64,000 bases of DNA, taken from positions 2,046,001 through 2,110,000 of the forward strand of contig JAMWBK010000003.1 of NCBI GenBank assembly GCA_029953675.1, read 5' to 3'. Below are positions 25,795-37,320 of this stretch, one piece after another. A program made the translations under genes and the position numbers. Source of the DNA: Rhodosorus marinus CCMP1338. Its lineage: Eukaryota > Plantae > Rhodophyta. A model generated the notes under the pieces. It saw only the letters and a list, made by a program, of their open reading frames with translations, was not told the origin of the DNA and searched no databases. Positions within the stretch are counted from its first letter, which is position 1; every line of letters starts with the position of its first letter.

Positions 25795-26200
25795 GGTCAG
25801 TTACATTAACCACATTGAGAAGCTAGGGTTTGTAACGGAGAAGACACAGGTCGCGGGTGGCATTGTACTCCAGATTGGGGTTGGATTAGATGCTTAGGGA
25901 GTCTTTGAAAAGATCTTTTCGGCTTAAAGCGAGGCTGGTCAGGTACAAGACCGCATTGGCCATCTAAGGTAGAGGGAGAAGGCAGAGGTGAATTGTATTA
26001 ATACTACAGATCTGACCTTAAGAAGTCTTCCTCTCTGGCTTTGGGGGAGACCCATGGTGTTGGTCAGGCTACGAAGAGCGTTAACGAGATTTAGGATTTA
26101 GGGGCAAGTCCGTCCGAGGTCGCCGTGGGAGCTTGTTACTAGCAACTACGGATCTGCAGTTGGATTGGATTCTTGTTTTGGTTAATGACGTCTTCGTGTT
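25795..26200. repeat. Highly degenerate ~125-142 bp tandem units (3 copies) upstream of RPC3
   Basis: GGTCAG(T/G/GC)TAC anchors at 25795, 25937 and 26062, each followed by shared AGGT and ACT(C/A)C(A/G)GAT motifs. Confidence 0.38.
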
Positions 26201-26306
26201 GTTGTTTGAAATCTTCTGGAGAGTGAGGAGGATGAACTGAGAACGAGATCAGGTTCTCTCTTGTTATAGGGATTTGCTTTAATTGTTTTCTTGTGTGAAG
26301 GAGGCA

Positions 26307-28051
26307 ATGGATATTCCCAAGGTGGTTGGAATCGTAGTTGAGAGGGATTTCGGGGTTTTTGTTGAGCTGGTTGCGAGTGAGCTGGTCTCGAGCGGTGGGT
26401 GTACTGAACGAGAGCTAGTGAAGCGACTTGAGGAGAAGGATGGTGGTGGTCAGGTACAGAGGGCACTGATGACTCTGGCGAGGAATGGACTGGTTCACAA
26501 GGATGACGGAGGAAAATTTAGAGCAGACGTCAGCACGATAAACCTGAGGTGGCGATTTCCCTATTTCTCGGTTATGGTCGCTGAGGAATTTGGAGAGGAA
26601 GCGCAGTTGGTCGTCGAGCTGCTCCTCGTCCATGGGAAGGTTACTTCCAAGCAACTTTTCACTGACGAAAGGGTCGGATCTGGCAGAATTTCCGCGCTTG
26701 AAACCTTGATCTCAAATCGTGTTCTCGAACCTGAGAAATTGGCCGCTTTTGAGACCTCCGAGCATCCACCCGCGAAGAGAATGAGATCCTCAACCGGTAC
26801 GTAGGAAAGAAACAACTGATGCGAATGATGTTTGTACTGAAGAAACCCTCTGTTTTCGTCTATTTCGAAGAGGTACCAAAGACCCTATCCATAAAAATCA
26901 ATTCCCGAGAAGAAGCGCTCATCCCGATCCCTGACAAGACCGATAGCGACACAACGTGGAAGCTGAGGCTCTCGCAATTTCATCTGATGGCATGCAACAA
27001 GATCTGCACTGACCTCGTTCGGCAAACAATCGACGTACAAGCTGGAGCAGTCGTCGAAGCAGTGCTGAAGAAGACTCTTCTGAAAGAAGGTAAACAGCTC
27101 CATAAATTACCTCACTGCTCGAAAAGCTTCTAAGAACTTGGTTCAATCTCACCTCAACGAGCAACGGAATTCTTATATGCGCCAGAGTCCATCTCCTCGT
27201 CGAGCTTTCAATCAGTGTCTGAGGCCACAATCGTCCAGGATTTGAAAGACTCAGGCACCTCAGTAGACAGATCAGCGCTCGATGGAAAGATCGAGCTGAT
27301 GTGCAGACCCGATATAGGGTGAGCTTTCCTTTACCAACGATATCAAAGCCTCGGATATGCTTCGGATGCCTTCAACGAACCTACCCGCAGGCCCTTTACG
27401 AGCCCCTGGTGCAGCCTATTGGTCAAAGCTTCTGAGCAACCCTGTCTTCTGTAGGTATTTGAGGAGGTTTGGTGATCAACTCCATGCTGAGGTTACGACG
27501 ATGTTGAATATTGTTAGAAGGAAGACTGCCGAAGAAATCATCCTGAAGAGGTTCGGCCCGGAGGCGAGGAGAATGTTCTCCCTCCTCATGCACAAGAAGA
27601 AGCTTGAGGCGAAGCATGCGGCGGAGCTCTCCATGTTGAACCAAAGAAAGGCCAGGGAGATGCTCTTCAAGCTTCACGACGCGGGTTATGCAACAGTGCA
27701 GGTAAGCCGCGCGCAATGGCCGTACTCTGGGCGACTCGGACTACCAGCCGGTCAACTAAAACTGGGGAACTTTCGACTGTGGACCGCCTGATCTAGGAGG
27801 TCCCGCGTACCAGCGATTTCAAGCAATCCAAGTGCATATATATATGGAGTGTGAACCTGCCTGAGGCGTACAAGAGGATAGCGCAGCACATAGATCGGTC
27901 CTGTTTAAACTTGTACCGGCGCCTCAAGACAATGGAGGAGGAGCCCAGAGAGAAGCAGGACGCCGACTTTCGACGCAAGCAGAAGGAGTTCATTGAAGTT
28001 TCAATCTTACGTCTGCAGATAAACTTGATGCTCTTCCGGGATCTAAAATAG
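26307..28051 (+). CDS. POLR3C: RNA polymerase III subunit RPC3 (C82/RPC62), multi-exon
   Basis: VERDFGVFVELVASELV; LRWRFPYFSVMVAEEFGEEAQLVVELLLVHG; WKLRLSQFH; KRFGPEARRMFSLLMHKKKLEAKH...AREMLFKL...VQ|EVPRTSD...IYIWSVN match the RPC3 winged-helix repeats. Confidence 0.9.
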
Positions 28052-28228
28052 AGCCCGGATGGCTCCAACTGGCCAGCCTAAAAGATGCTAGGTTACTCAA
28101 ACTGACTTTAATAAATAGGGCACTGACTAATACTTGCCTTTCTGTTTGTTGGCTCTTCGATTCATTCTGAAACGATGGTGTTCAACAGCAACCTCTCCAG
28201 CTACGCCCGATGGACAACAAGAATTTTA

Positions 28229-30678
28229 TCAGCGAAATTCTTCTTCACTTACAGAGCACTCATGATCATGGACGCTCCTCAACCATCTCGCCCAGGTCTT
28301 ATCTGCAGAAAGAGTGTCTTCACTTCCAACAACAACAAGACCTCGCCTTGCCCGCGTCAATGCGACGTTTAGCCGCCTCCAGTCATTGGTGAATCCAAGT
28401 CGTCGCTCTTTGTTGCACCTAACCGCAGAGAAAATAATGAGCTCCTTCTCCCTCCCCTGAAAGCCATCCACGGAACTAATATCCATCTTTCCGGCGTCAA
28501 GGCCGTGTCCCTCAAGTGATTCACAAATAGCTCGTACTTGACCGCTGTACGGTGTGATGACACCGATCTTGACAAACACGGACGCAGCGAACAGCAAGAC
28601 GTCAGCTCCTCCGCAGCTCAAAGGTTTCATGGACGTAATAGACTCACCTGCTCCGCGGATAACTCGCCCGCATTTAACAGCTCCTTCACAAGCTTTCCAA
28701 CAACAGCCGCTTCACGGCTGTTGGCAAATGACGTGCCTTCTGCTTGGTCAGGGCTCTCAGTTTTTACGAACATGAGAGCCCCAGCTCTGTTGCGCCATTG
28801 TATTCCTCTAGGCACTGGGCGCTGCTCAGCGGTCACTCCTGACAATATCTTTCCGCCGTAGAACATCTCGGACGGAAGCTTGAAAAGAAACGGGTGCATT
28901 CTGTACTGTATGTTGAGGAGGTGCGGTTCAATGCCCATCGCCCAGAACCGAGAGAACAGGCTGACATCCAGTCCTTGCGCCGTGGCCTCCTCGCTGATGA
29001 CGGTCGGTGGAAGTTGATGGTGGTCTCCGATGAGCACCAGCTGCTCACAGCCACGGAGAACAGGCAGTAAGGTAGTCGGTTCCGCTGCCTGTGTGGCCTC
29101 GTCGATAACCACAGTGGGTATACGCAAGCCATCAAGGAGCTCAGAACCGCATGACCCGCACGTTGATACGATGACATCAGAACCGCTGATGATCTTCTTC
29201 GCTGCTTGCTTCTCCTCCTGAAACAGGATCGCTCGCAGTTGTCTCACGGCGCGGGAGTTGTTTCCGCGCTCAGCAGTTCTCAGTTTCGCTCTCAACCCGG
29301 CTACCGACCGACTCTTTGCTATGCGCGCCTCCAAGGTTAGCCAACGAAGGTTCTCGCGGACGCAGGCCGCTCGGCCTATTCTAACTACTTTCAAGCCCTC
29401 CAATCCCTCCAGCAGGTTGTCTGTAGCTGTATTGCTCGCCGCAGTCGCCAGTATAGGGGTCCCTCTCATCTGTACATAGCCTCCAATAAGCGCGCAAGCT
29501 GTCTTTGTCTTACCAGTTCCAGGCGGACTGTAAAATACACCCAACGAAAAAGACAAAAACATGGTGCCTCAGACCTCCCGAGTAAACTCAATCCTCTGTA
29601 CTCGTAAGTACGTTGGTCAACCTCCAAAGCGCAGATCATACCCTTGTATCAACGTGACACGTCTGGATAGGGCGGACCGAATTGCGGTTCTTTGAGATTG
29701 GCTTAAGGACGACAACGTTTTTGATACCTCTGCGGCCTGTTGCTTCAATATTTTTTTGGAGCTGGTCGGCGGCTGTTTGGCCTGTTCTTCCAATTTACCG
29801 GCTCCTATGGTCCGTCGATCACCATTGGCAATGGATCCAGAGCAGAGAAGCTTTCTAGTTGCGGAAACAAGATCCTTGCTGAACGTGCCCGAGATAAGGT
29901 TGATCACCTGTTCCGTTTTCGCGGCAGACCGGAAAGGTTGGATGAGCCGTCCTCTCCCACGAAGAATTGAGAAGGTCGTATTCTCTTACCTCATCTGGGC
30001 TCGCAGATTGCCCGCTCGCGATGATTCCTTCCAGAGCTGCACACAGTCTCTCATAGTTTATGGCGTTCGAGCCTCGGTCAACTCTCCAGCCGTCACCGGA
30101 GACTTCAACATTCAAGCTCTCAACCACCACCTTGAGCGTCTTCGAGGTGCGCTCCAGTAGGGTTCCATAGGCTTCTTCTCCGGCTCTGGAAAAGTCTAGA
30201 AGGTCGCCTGGGGAAAATCGAAGTGAGCCGGGAATCCTCTCGTTCCCTTTCAGAGAGAACAAAACAATGGTTTCAGAGAAAAATTCGCCACATTCGACCG
30301 CTCTCATGGACGGAACCATTTCGCCATCTCGACAAAGTTTTTCCGCGGAGGCTCTCTCGCGGAGCTCTCTGGTCGCTCGCTGCTCGGCTTCGAACTCTAG
30401 CTTGGACAGCTTTAGGAAGTGTTCAGCGTACTCTCCAATCCTTCGGTACAGGCCCTGAAAATCACGAGCAAAAGCCAAGAATTAACCTCATCGTCCGTGG
30501 GAAGAGTACGCAAGCATAGTTTTCAGCCACTTCAAATATCTCCTACCTCCCGCTTTTCGGATCGACCTCGGGTGCTTCCCCGGACTCTACGTGCGCAGAC
30601 AACAGGGGACCGACGCCTGGTCCCGGACAGGTTCCCTGGTGAAGTCTGAAACGCGCACAGCGCGGCCATTTCGTCCAT
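28229..30678 (-). CDS. SF1B UPF1-like helicase, IGHMBP2/SMUBP-2-like, with possible plastid transit peptide; multi-exon
   Basis: Spliced QG|PPGTGKT; AASNTATDN; IDEATQA; LIGDHHQLPP; LNIQYRMHP; VITPYSGQV; SSVDGFQGREKE; RRLNVALTRAR. N-terminal 1B-region resembles IGHMBP2 (LEFEAE...FSPGDLL...YERLCAAL). Inferred first exon MDEMAALCAFQTSPGNLSGTRRRSPVVCARRVR. Confidence 0.88.
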
Positions 30679-31155
30679 TACGAGGTCAAACAATCCTGTC
30701 GCGAAGATACTAGGCTATCGACGTCATCTGAACCGCATCCTCACAGAAACAAAGCCGCAAACAGTACCAGGCGTACTAAGCATTTCAAAGCATCTCCGTA
30801 CACTAGCAAGCTCGCTCGCCTGCTCCGTGTGTTCACACTCCCGTCCCTGTGGTTTTTTAGTATTTGGTCTGCACCAGTTGTCGCTCGTTTCCATTTGCCG
30901 TGGAGGATTGTATTGGCCTGCGCTACTTAAGAGCCCGAAAGAGGTCTTAGAGAACCTTAGCCGGCCAGTTGGCGTGGATATGTTTTCCTTGGGTTTCCTT
31001 GATGGATGGACACTGTCCTTGCTCTCGGCTTTGACCCGATCCAGTGTAATGAAACATTCATTATAATCATCTTTAATAAAATACTTAGAAGTAAGACCTA
31101 AGACTGACGGAAGGGAAGCTAGCAACAACAGAAGCTGTCCTGTACACGATCTCTC

Positions 31156-32388
31156 TCAGTCGAATATGAAACACTTGCGTCTTGTGTACTGGTTGGCGTG
31201 ACATCTCTTCATTGTCATTCCCCACTGCATCGTCTTCTGGAAGCAGTACCGGAAAGTAAGCCGGTCCGTGCACAAGTAGCTCACGCAGACAGACCGACAC
31301 TGATTGTGCAGCCATATACTCTTCTTCCATATATGCCCAACGCATACTTCCCTGTCGAGGCATCGATGTATACTTTTTGACTGTCTCTCGGAGCTTCGTA
31401 ATCTTCGTGGCACAGTCTGTAATCTACTCCCGCTCGGTTCCAACCAAGGATTTATGGACACCAAGTTGGCCAGATCCTCTTCAACCTCTTGCAACCTAGC
31501 CTTTGCCTCGTCTCCACGTTCCTTGGTAGTTCTTCTTCGCTCCATCAGTGCGTCGAATTTTCGCATCCAGTCGGGGCGAAAGTTCGTGTACGCCGTTGCC
31601 CGCTGGAAAATCTCCAGAGACAATACCCCCATGGCATTGTGGTCGGCAAACATTTCGTCGGATATCTCTTGCAAGTCTGCAATCAAATCGTTATAGTACT
31701 CGTACAGGTCTTGCTTCTCCTTTTTGGTACACTCCGCAGGACAGGTATCGGGGTTGTCAACTGGTGGGGGATCCTCAACTTCATCCAGAACGTCCGGATC
31801 ATACTGGTTAGAAGATATAGGAAGAGTGTGGGGCGAGTCACAGCTCAGAACATTCTCAGACATCACGACACTTTCAAGTTCAGATGGGTCCCGTTTCGCG
31901 CAAGCACTTGCGATCCCATTAATAATTTCCATGACTGCCTTGGAGGACGCACAGATCTTCTTTTCTCCGCCGACATAAGTCTTACAAGAGTACTGGTAAA
32001 ACACTCTACGATACGATTTTCCCCACGTCGACTCTAGTTCTTCCTCCACGTCCGCCTGCTTTTTCGGCTGGAAATCGTCTGGATCAAGGTCGTCGCAACG
32101 CCGGCTATGATCTGGGTCCCTGTAGCAGGCCAAACTGAACTCGACGGTGTCTCTGTGACAGTCAACCGCCCTATCCAGTTCTTTTTCCAAATCATCTACT
32201 CCGTCAAGATAATCATGGCATTCGTACGAACACAGAGGTCTCGAACTCATGACTTGAAATTCCTCCGACAAATTGCCATTCTCATCCTCCGGGCATTTGC
32301 TAATGTACTGATGTTCGACCTCGAATTCCCAATCTGCAGAGACGAGTACCGCAAGCGTTACTGCAAACACTACCAAGAGCGGTCTCAT
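31156..32388 (-). CDS. Secreted cysteine-rich protein of unknown function (~410 aa, intronless)
   Basis: 433-codon ORF; signal peptide MRPLLVVFAVTLAVLVSA; Cys-rich acidic N-domain, helical/coiled-coil middle and a basic Cys-rich C-terminal module. Confidence 0.75.
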   Translation of the reverse strand: MRPLLVVFAVTLAVLVSADWEFEVEHQYISKCPEDENGNLSEEFQVMSSRPLCSYECHDYLDGVDDLEKELDRAVDCHRDTVEFSLACYRDPDHSRRCDDLDPDDFQPKKQADVEEELESTWGKSYRRVFYQYSCKTYVGGEKKICASSKAVMEIINGIASACAKRDPSELESVVMSENVLSCDSPHTLPISSNQYDPDVLDEVEDPPPVDNPDTCPAECTKKEKQDLYEYYNDLIADLQEISDEMFADHNAMGVLSLEIFQRATAYTNFRPDWMRKFDALMERRRTTKERGDEAKARLQEVEEDLANLVSINPWLEPSGSRLQTVPRRLRSSERQSKSIHRCLDREVCVGHIWKKSIWLHNQCRSVCVSYLCTDRLTFRYCFQKTMQWGMTMKRCHANQYTRRKCFIFD

Positions 32389-35300
32389 CTTGCAATTTTT
32401 AGCGGAGGCACCTCTCAGACCTCCCAAACCCTTCCCCAGGCAAGAAAAACAAGCCAAACCAAAAGCAAAGTATAAAAAAATCCTACCCTACAACCCGCAA
32501 CCTCCAAACCCTCAACTTTAGCGCTACTCAAGAGTCTCCAACGCAAACACTTTCCAAACTACAGAGAACACTCCTCAAACCCTTGTGCCCAAGACCATTG
32601 ACAACAGCAACAACAACAAAAAAAAAATCTCAACCCAGCCTTCAGGCCTTCTCCATTCCCCCCATCCCCTTGCGCGCCCTCAAGCAGTTTCCCTTCTCGC
32701 CCAAACTTTACCCGACCCTTCGCACCCCCCCTCCCCCTCCGCCCCAAAAAGGATCCTTACTAGTATCGCACAAACTCTGTTTTCTCATGCCGAAGCTTTG
32801 CTCGCCCCCAAATCGGAAAGAGAGACTGAAGTACCCTTTACACCTGCCGCGCAACGAAAAGGAAAAGCTACATATATATATAAGGAGAGCTCAGAATTTT
32901 GCACGTTGCAGCTTTTTTGGTGTTTGGTGTTTTTTTCCGGTCTTTGCCTCCCTCTTCGCCGGAAAGGAGAAAAACTGAAATTAAGAAGAAAACTTCTACA
33001 ACACAAAACAAGTCGAGGAGCAGGAAAACAAAACACAAAAAAACGAATTGCCCAAAAAGAGAAAACGGAAGGAGAAAAAAAAACAACAGATGTCACATTC
33101 CTCTAGAACAGCGGCAAATACATTCTTACACTTCCCTTTCCCCCCCCCGTCCCCTTTTGTCATTTTTTTCCAAAGAGGGTTTTTGACGATGTTTTCATTT
33201 TTTTGGCGTTTTATTATTTGTGTGTTGCTCCATCTTCATCCACGGCTTCCAATTTTTTGGGGGGGGAAATCAGTATAGGTTTTGGCTCTGATGCACGGTG
33301 AACTCAAAAGTTTAGAATTTCTGCTATTATTCAAGATTGGCTACAGAGGAATTGTTTCTCAATTCCATAGAGTTTTTATTGTGAGCCAAAGTGCCCTCTA
33401 TATAACCGGTCTTCCCGGGTCGAATATTTGGGAAAAGTCTAGTGATAAAAGGGAAAATTAGCAAGGAGAGAAAAAGAGTGGAAAGAGAATTTTCTTTTTT
33501 CTGTGCTTAGTCGGCAGTTTGTGCATGTAATAAAAAGAAATCACGAGGTTGCGTTTTGGCAAGCCCCCCTCCCCCGTGCGGAATATGCATCTGCTGATGG
33601 GCAATCATCGTCCTCCCTTTTAATAAATCACAAACGAAACAATAGTCACTAAATAATTAGAAAACAAGAGCCACAGGCCCAGAAAGCCAGAGGATAAGGG
33701 GTTGGTCCTCCAAACTAGCAAACTCCATTTTCAGAAAGCTCCGAGGGGTTATTGAAGTCTGGTAGAACGAGCCCAGTAGTGCAACCAACACTGGAAAATC
33801 ACAAGGATATTCTCGTTTTCTAGAAACATTTATACCACTTGCGTCCATCGACTCACTCAATTGGTCATATTTTCTTCCATGAATCAAGAACCAAGAAATA
33901 ATCTAGAAGCCGTTCGGAACTACCACCTTGGCGAAGTGGCAATAGTCGAATCGGCCCAATGTTTTTGTATTACTTTTCCCAGGGGTATGCACGACATTTT
34001 TCTCAGCTACTTCTCAATTGATTATATAATAGAAGCATCTTTCATATTCAGCTCTACATTCTTGAAGGGACGTGTATTGAAAACAGGGGGGGGTATCCTC
34101 AACGGGTTTTCAATCCATCTTGTAGGTAAGCTTTCAAAAGCATCGATGAGAGACCACGACCTTCGACCAAAATACTTTGGATTTTCAGAATAAACGTATT
34201 TGGTCAGCTTCTTTTTTAAAAAGCACCTCCCCCTACTGATACTCAAGAATGAAAATCTGTTGAAAATATGCTATTCTTTGTTTCCCCAGCTTCGAAATAT
34301 TGATTCGGCACGATATGTAAGACTTGAGCCCCCTGGCCAATGGTTAAGCGGAAACTACCGCGAGAGTTAATTTTCTTCAAGAAAAGCATAAGAAGACTTT
34401 TGAATAAAGTTAAAAACAGTGGTCTTGATCATTTTTTTATTTTCATACCTTAGTTCCAGAGCGCAATCAATCTTGAAAAAAAATGAAAAAGTGCCTAATG
34501 ATTTGCAATAAAAATGTACCCCTCCGCCTGGATGCCCTTTTTTCGTCCTGCTAACAGACACGCATGTTCTGTGTTCTCAGGAGCCGGTGCGGGAAACAAA
34601 CGAATCAAAATTGTTGAAAAACCATTCGCAATTTCCGATTGAAGGCACCCCATTTAAATCATATGGCGGTGTAACGCGCTGTATAATACTGAAAATGGAT
34701 CATTACCAACCAAGTGCGTCCAAACGTCCCGAAGCGTCAGTAACCACAACTCCCATGTGGGTGGGGTGCCCTTTGTCGCGGGTGGAAGATTAATGAACGC
34801 AACTCCGATTCCTTCTCCCCTTCCTACATGATCTCTTTAGAGTTAGCGGGTCCAAAGTGCAACTGTGACTCCCCGTTTCCTGAGCCACCAGTAGTTGCTA
34901 GTCTTTCCCCGAAAACAACTGGTTGAGGACAAAAGACTCTTAGCGGCTGAAGCCAGCAAGCAGCCCAGCTTCGTGGTCTTTCCTTCTTCTGGCATGGCGA
35001 GGAGGTTAGCATGCTCCAAAACCAATATTAACAATCACGGAAGCGCTCAGCAAAAGTGCCCTTGTGGATGGTGAGGGTAGCAGATCCACAGCTTGATCAG
35101 CCTATCAGCGGTTTCGTCATCGACTTCGACCGCAGTGACCACGTTGGTTGCTGCGCAACGCGAATACTTGGCGCTCTGGAAACCCTTTCACTAATCTCCC
35201 CAAAAAAGGGAGTTCACCCGTCACTGGGGAAAAGAACGCGCTGGTGTCTAGGCAAAATCATGCACATGTCTTTCAGATAAATTAACGCAGTTCAAAGGCC

Positions 35301-36639
35301 TACGAGCATCTTTTAGATCGTTAGATCTCTGTTTCCCGATTGCACAGCTCTAAATATATAGTTTCGCCCATAAACTAGAAACAAGAGTTGAACCGCAGAT
35401 CCACTCCACTCCCGGATATCGCACCACCCCTGTCGCCCCCTCGCAAAACGATGGTCTGCGATTTCAAGATTTTCTTATTTTTATTCTAGCTTTTAGATAT
35501 TCTCCAGAATCGAAGAGAATCAACAACCCCAGACCAACGTAGCGTGGGTTCCCCACCATTGAAAAACAAGGTAAAACTGATTGAGGGATGCTACCTCATT
35601 ATAAAATCGAGCTGCAGGCAGGCAAAAGTTTCTGCACTGTACCCTTGACAAGCATGAAAAATCAAATTGAATTGTAAATAAATTGAGCATTTGAGTATCT
35701 TGTCTGGCGGTTCGTCGAGGGTTAACAAACCAGGCACCAACAAGCCGAGAGTTTTTTGTCAATCATATATTGAAATGATAATATTTTTAACCAGTCCTAA
35801 GGTCTTTTTTTTGCCATATCGTTTCAAAAAAAAACAGCATTTCCGAAATTACAGAATGTGGATGCTACACATGGAGAAAAAAAACCCACAGGTTCTACGA
35901 AAAGGAAACACTAAAAAGAAAAGAAGGTCAGGGAATCTTTCGCATTAAATGAGTCGGCACAAACTCGTACCTTCGTTATAAACAGGGGTTGTGTTTTTAA
36001 AAGGTTAAATGCCATCGAATTATTTTTATATTCAAGCATTCGTAGTTTAGCCAATGAATGACCAGTATACCGTATAACTTCCATTTTCAAGGCATTTTAC
36101 AATTTAAGTTGGAGTTGGTTGGCCGAATTATACGTGGGGGTACATCGAGCTGGCTACTTTCTAGGCTATATTGTGGCTCTTGGGGCGCCTTTTCTTTTTT
36201 TTCGGTCAGTTGTCAGGTGCTTTGCATGGATTCCAAAAAGACATTTTCATCAGAATTTTGCAAAGAAAATAGATGGTAGACCCAGGGATGCTATTTAATA
36301 ATGTTTCACCTCCCCCTTCCCCAGCGAATTTTGGATTTTATTTGACCGCCGCTGGAGAATACCCTAACGACGCGAATCAAACACACCTCGAAATCGTTGT
36401 TTCCAAGTAGAAAAAGTGAATAGTCAATCGTTTTACATATCTGGTTTTAGGATATCGACTACCGTACCTCCCTAATGTTGTCGATAGATTGCCGGGGGAT
36501 CCCACTTTACCGAGGTTGAGGGTATATCATGCTATCATCGTTCGGTACATGACAGTAGCGGGGATGGCGAAAAGTTCCTTGTCCGTAGACTGTCCATTTT
36601 TTAACTCTCGGAGGTCCTAGAGACAAGATGACCTGACGG

Positions 36640-37320
36640 GACGCTAGCGTGGTTAGGTTCAGGATGCTCCGTTCGGGAGCGAAGCCACTATTGTCCTATT
36701 TGAACTGGTTCCCCGTCCCTCTTGCTGACCACGTATGCTCCCTCAAAATCCCTGAAAAGATAATCCCAAGTGTTTGGCTGGTTTTTTACAGGAGCGGACA
36801 TGGTAGCCGAATTTCGGGAAATCTGCTTTCGTGCCGTTTCCTGCATCAGCTTCAGGTGATCCAATTGCAGATCGGTCGGTCCAGTACCGCACACTACGGC
36901 GCTCCAGTGGTTTCCAAATCCTCTCCCGGATGAGGGTGGTTGACTTATCATCAGGTCGAAAAAGCCACCCCGGGGGAAATGAAAATGATGCGCGGAGTAT
37001 ATTACATCAACGGGAAGTGATTCTGCGACAGCAAGAAACCATTGAACTGGAATGCTAATTGCACTGCGAGATCTGGTGGCAACAGGCTGGCCGGGACCCA
37101 CGTTGCACGGCACAGATACGGCTCACTGCACATGGACGCGACGAAATTTGTCCGGGTGAGCAAAACACGGAACACAGAACAACCACCCACATGATACCCA
37201 GAAGGATTCATTCCATCAGCATCTGTTTGAAGGCCAATGCCAGATCTCGCATTCCGGCATTTTCCAGAACGGCGAGATAAGACCCGAACCATCACGCTTT
37301 CGAAGAAAAGCTGTAACCAC
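36640..37320 (+). mobile_element. Heavily decayed Ty3/gypsy pol fragment (RNase H end plus integrase zinc-binding region)
   Basis: Across frames with stops: YLNWFPVPLADH (cf. YLxGRPFxVxTDH), ADMVAEFREICFR, DPIAD, GVYYINGK, RHRYGSLHMDATKFVR (cf. RYWWPxMxxDVxxYVxSC), AFSRTAR. The order matches gypsy pol but each motif is weak. Confidence 0.42.

Noticed and set aside
32559-33278. Lys-rich and Phe-rich ORFs
   Set aside because: Products of low-complexity A- and T-runs in a promoter region.
34330-34365. tRNA A-box-like TGGCCAATGGTTAAGCG
   Set aside because: No T-loop or acceptor stem follows. GGTTCGA motifs at ~38560, ~40178 and ~58733 also lack tRNA stems.
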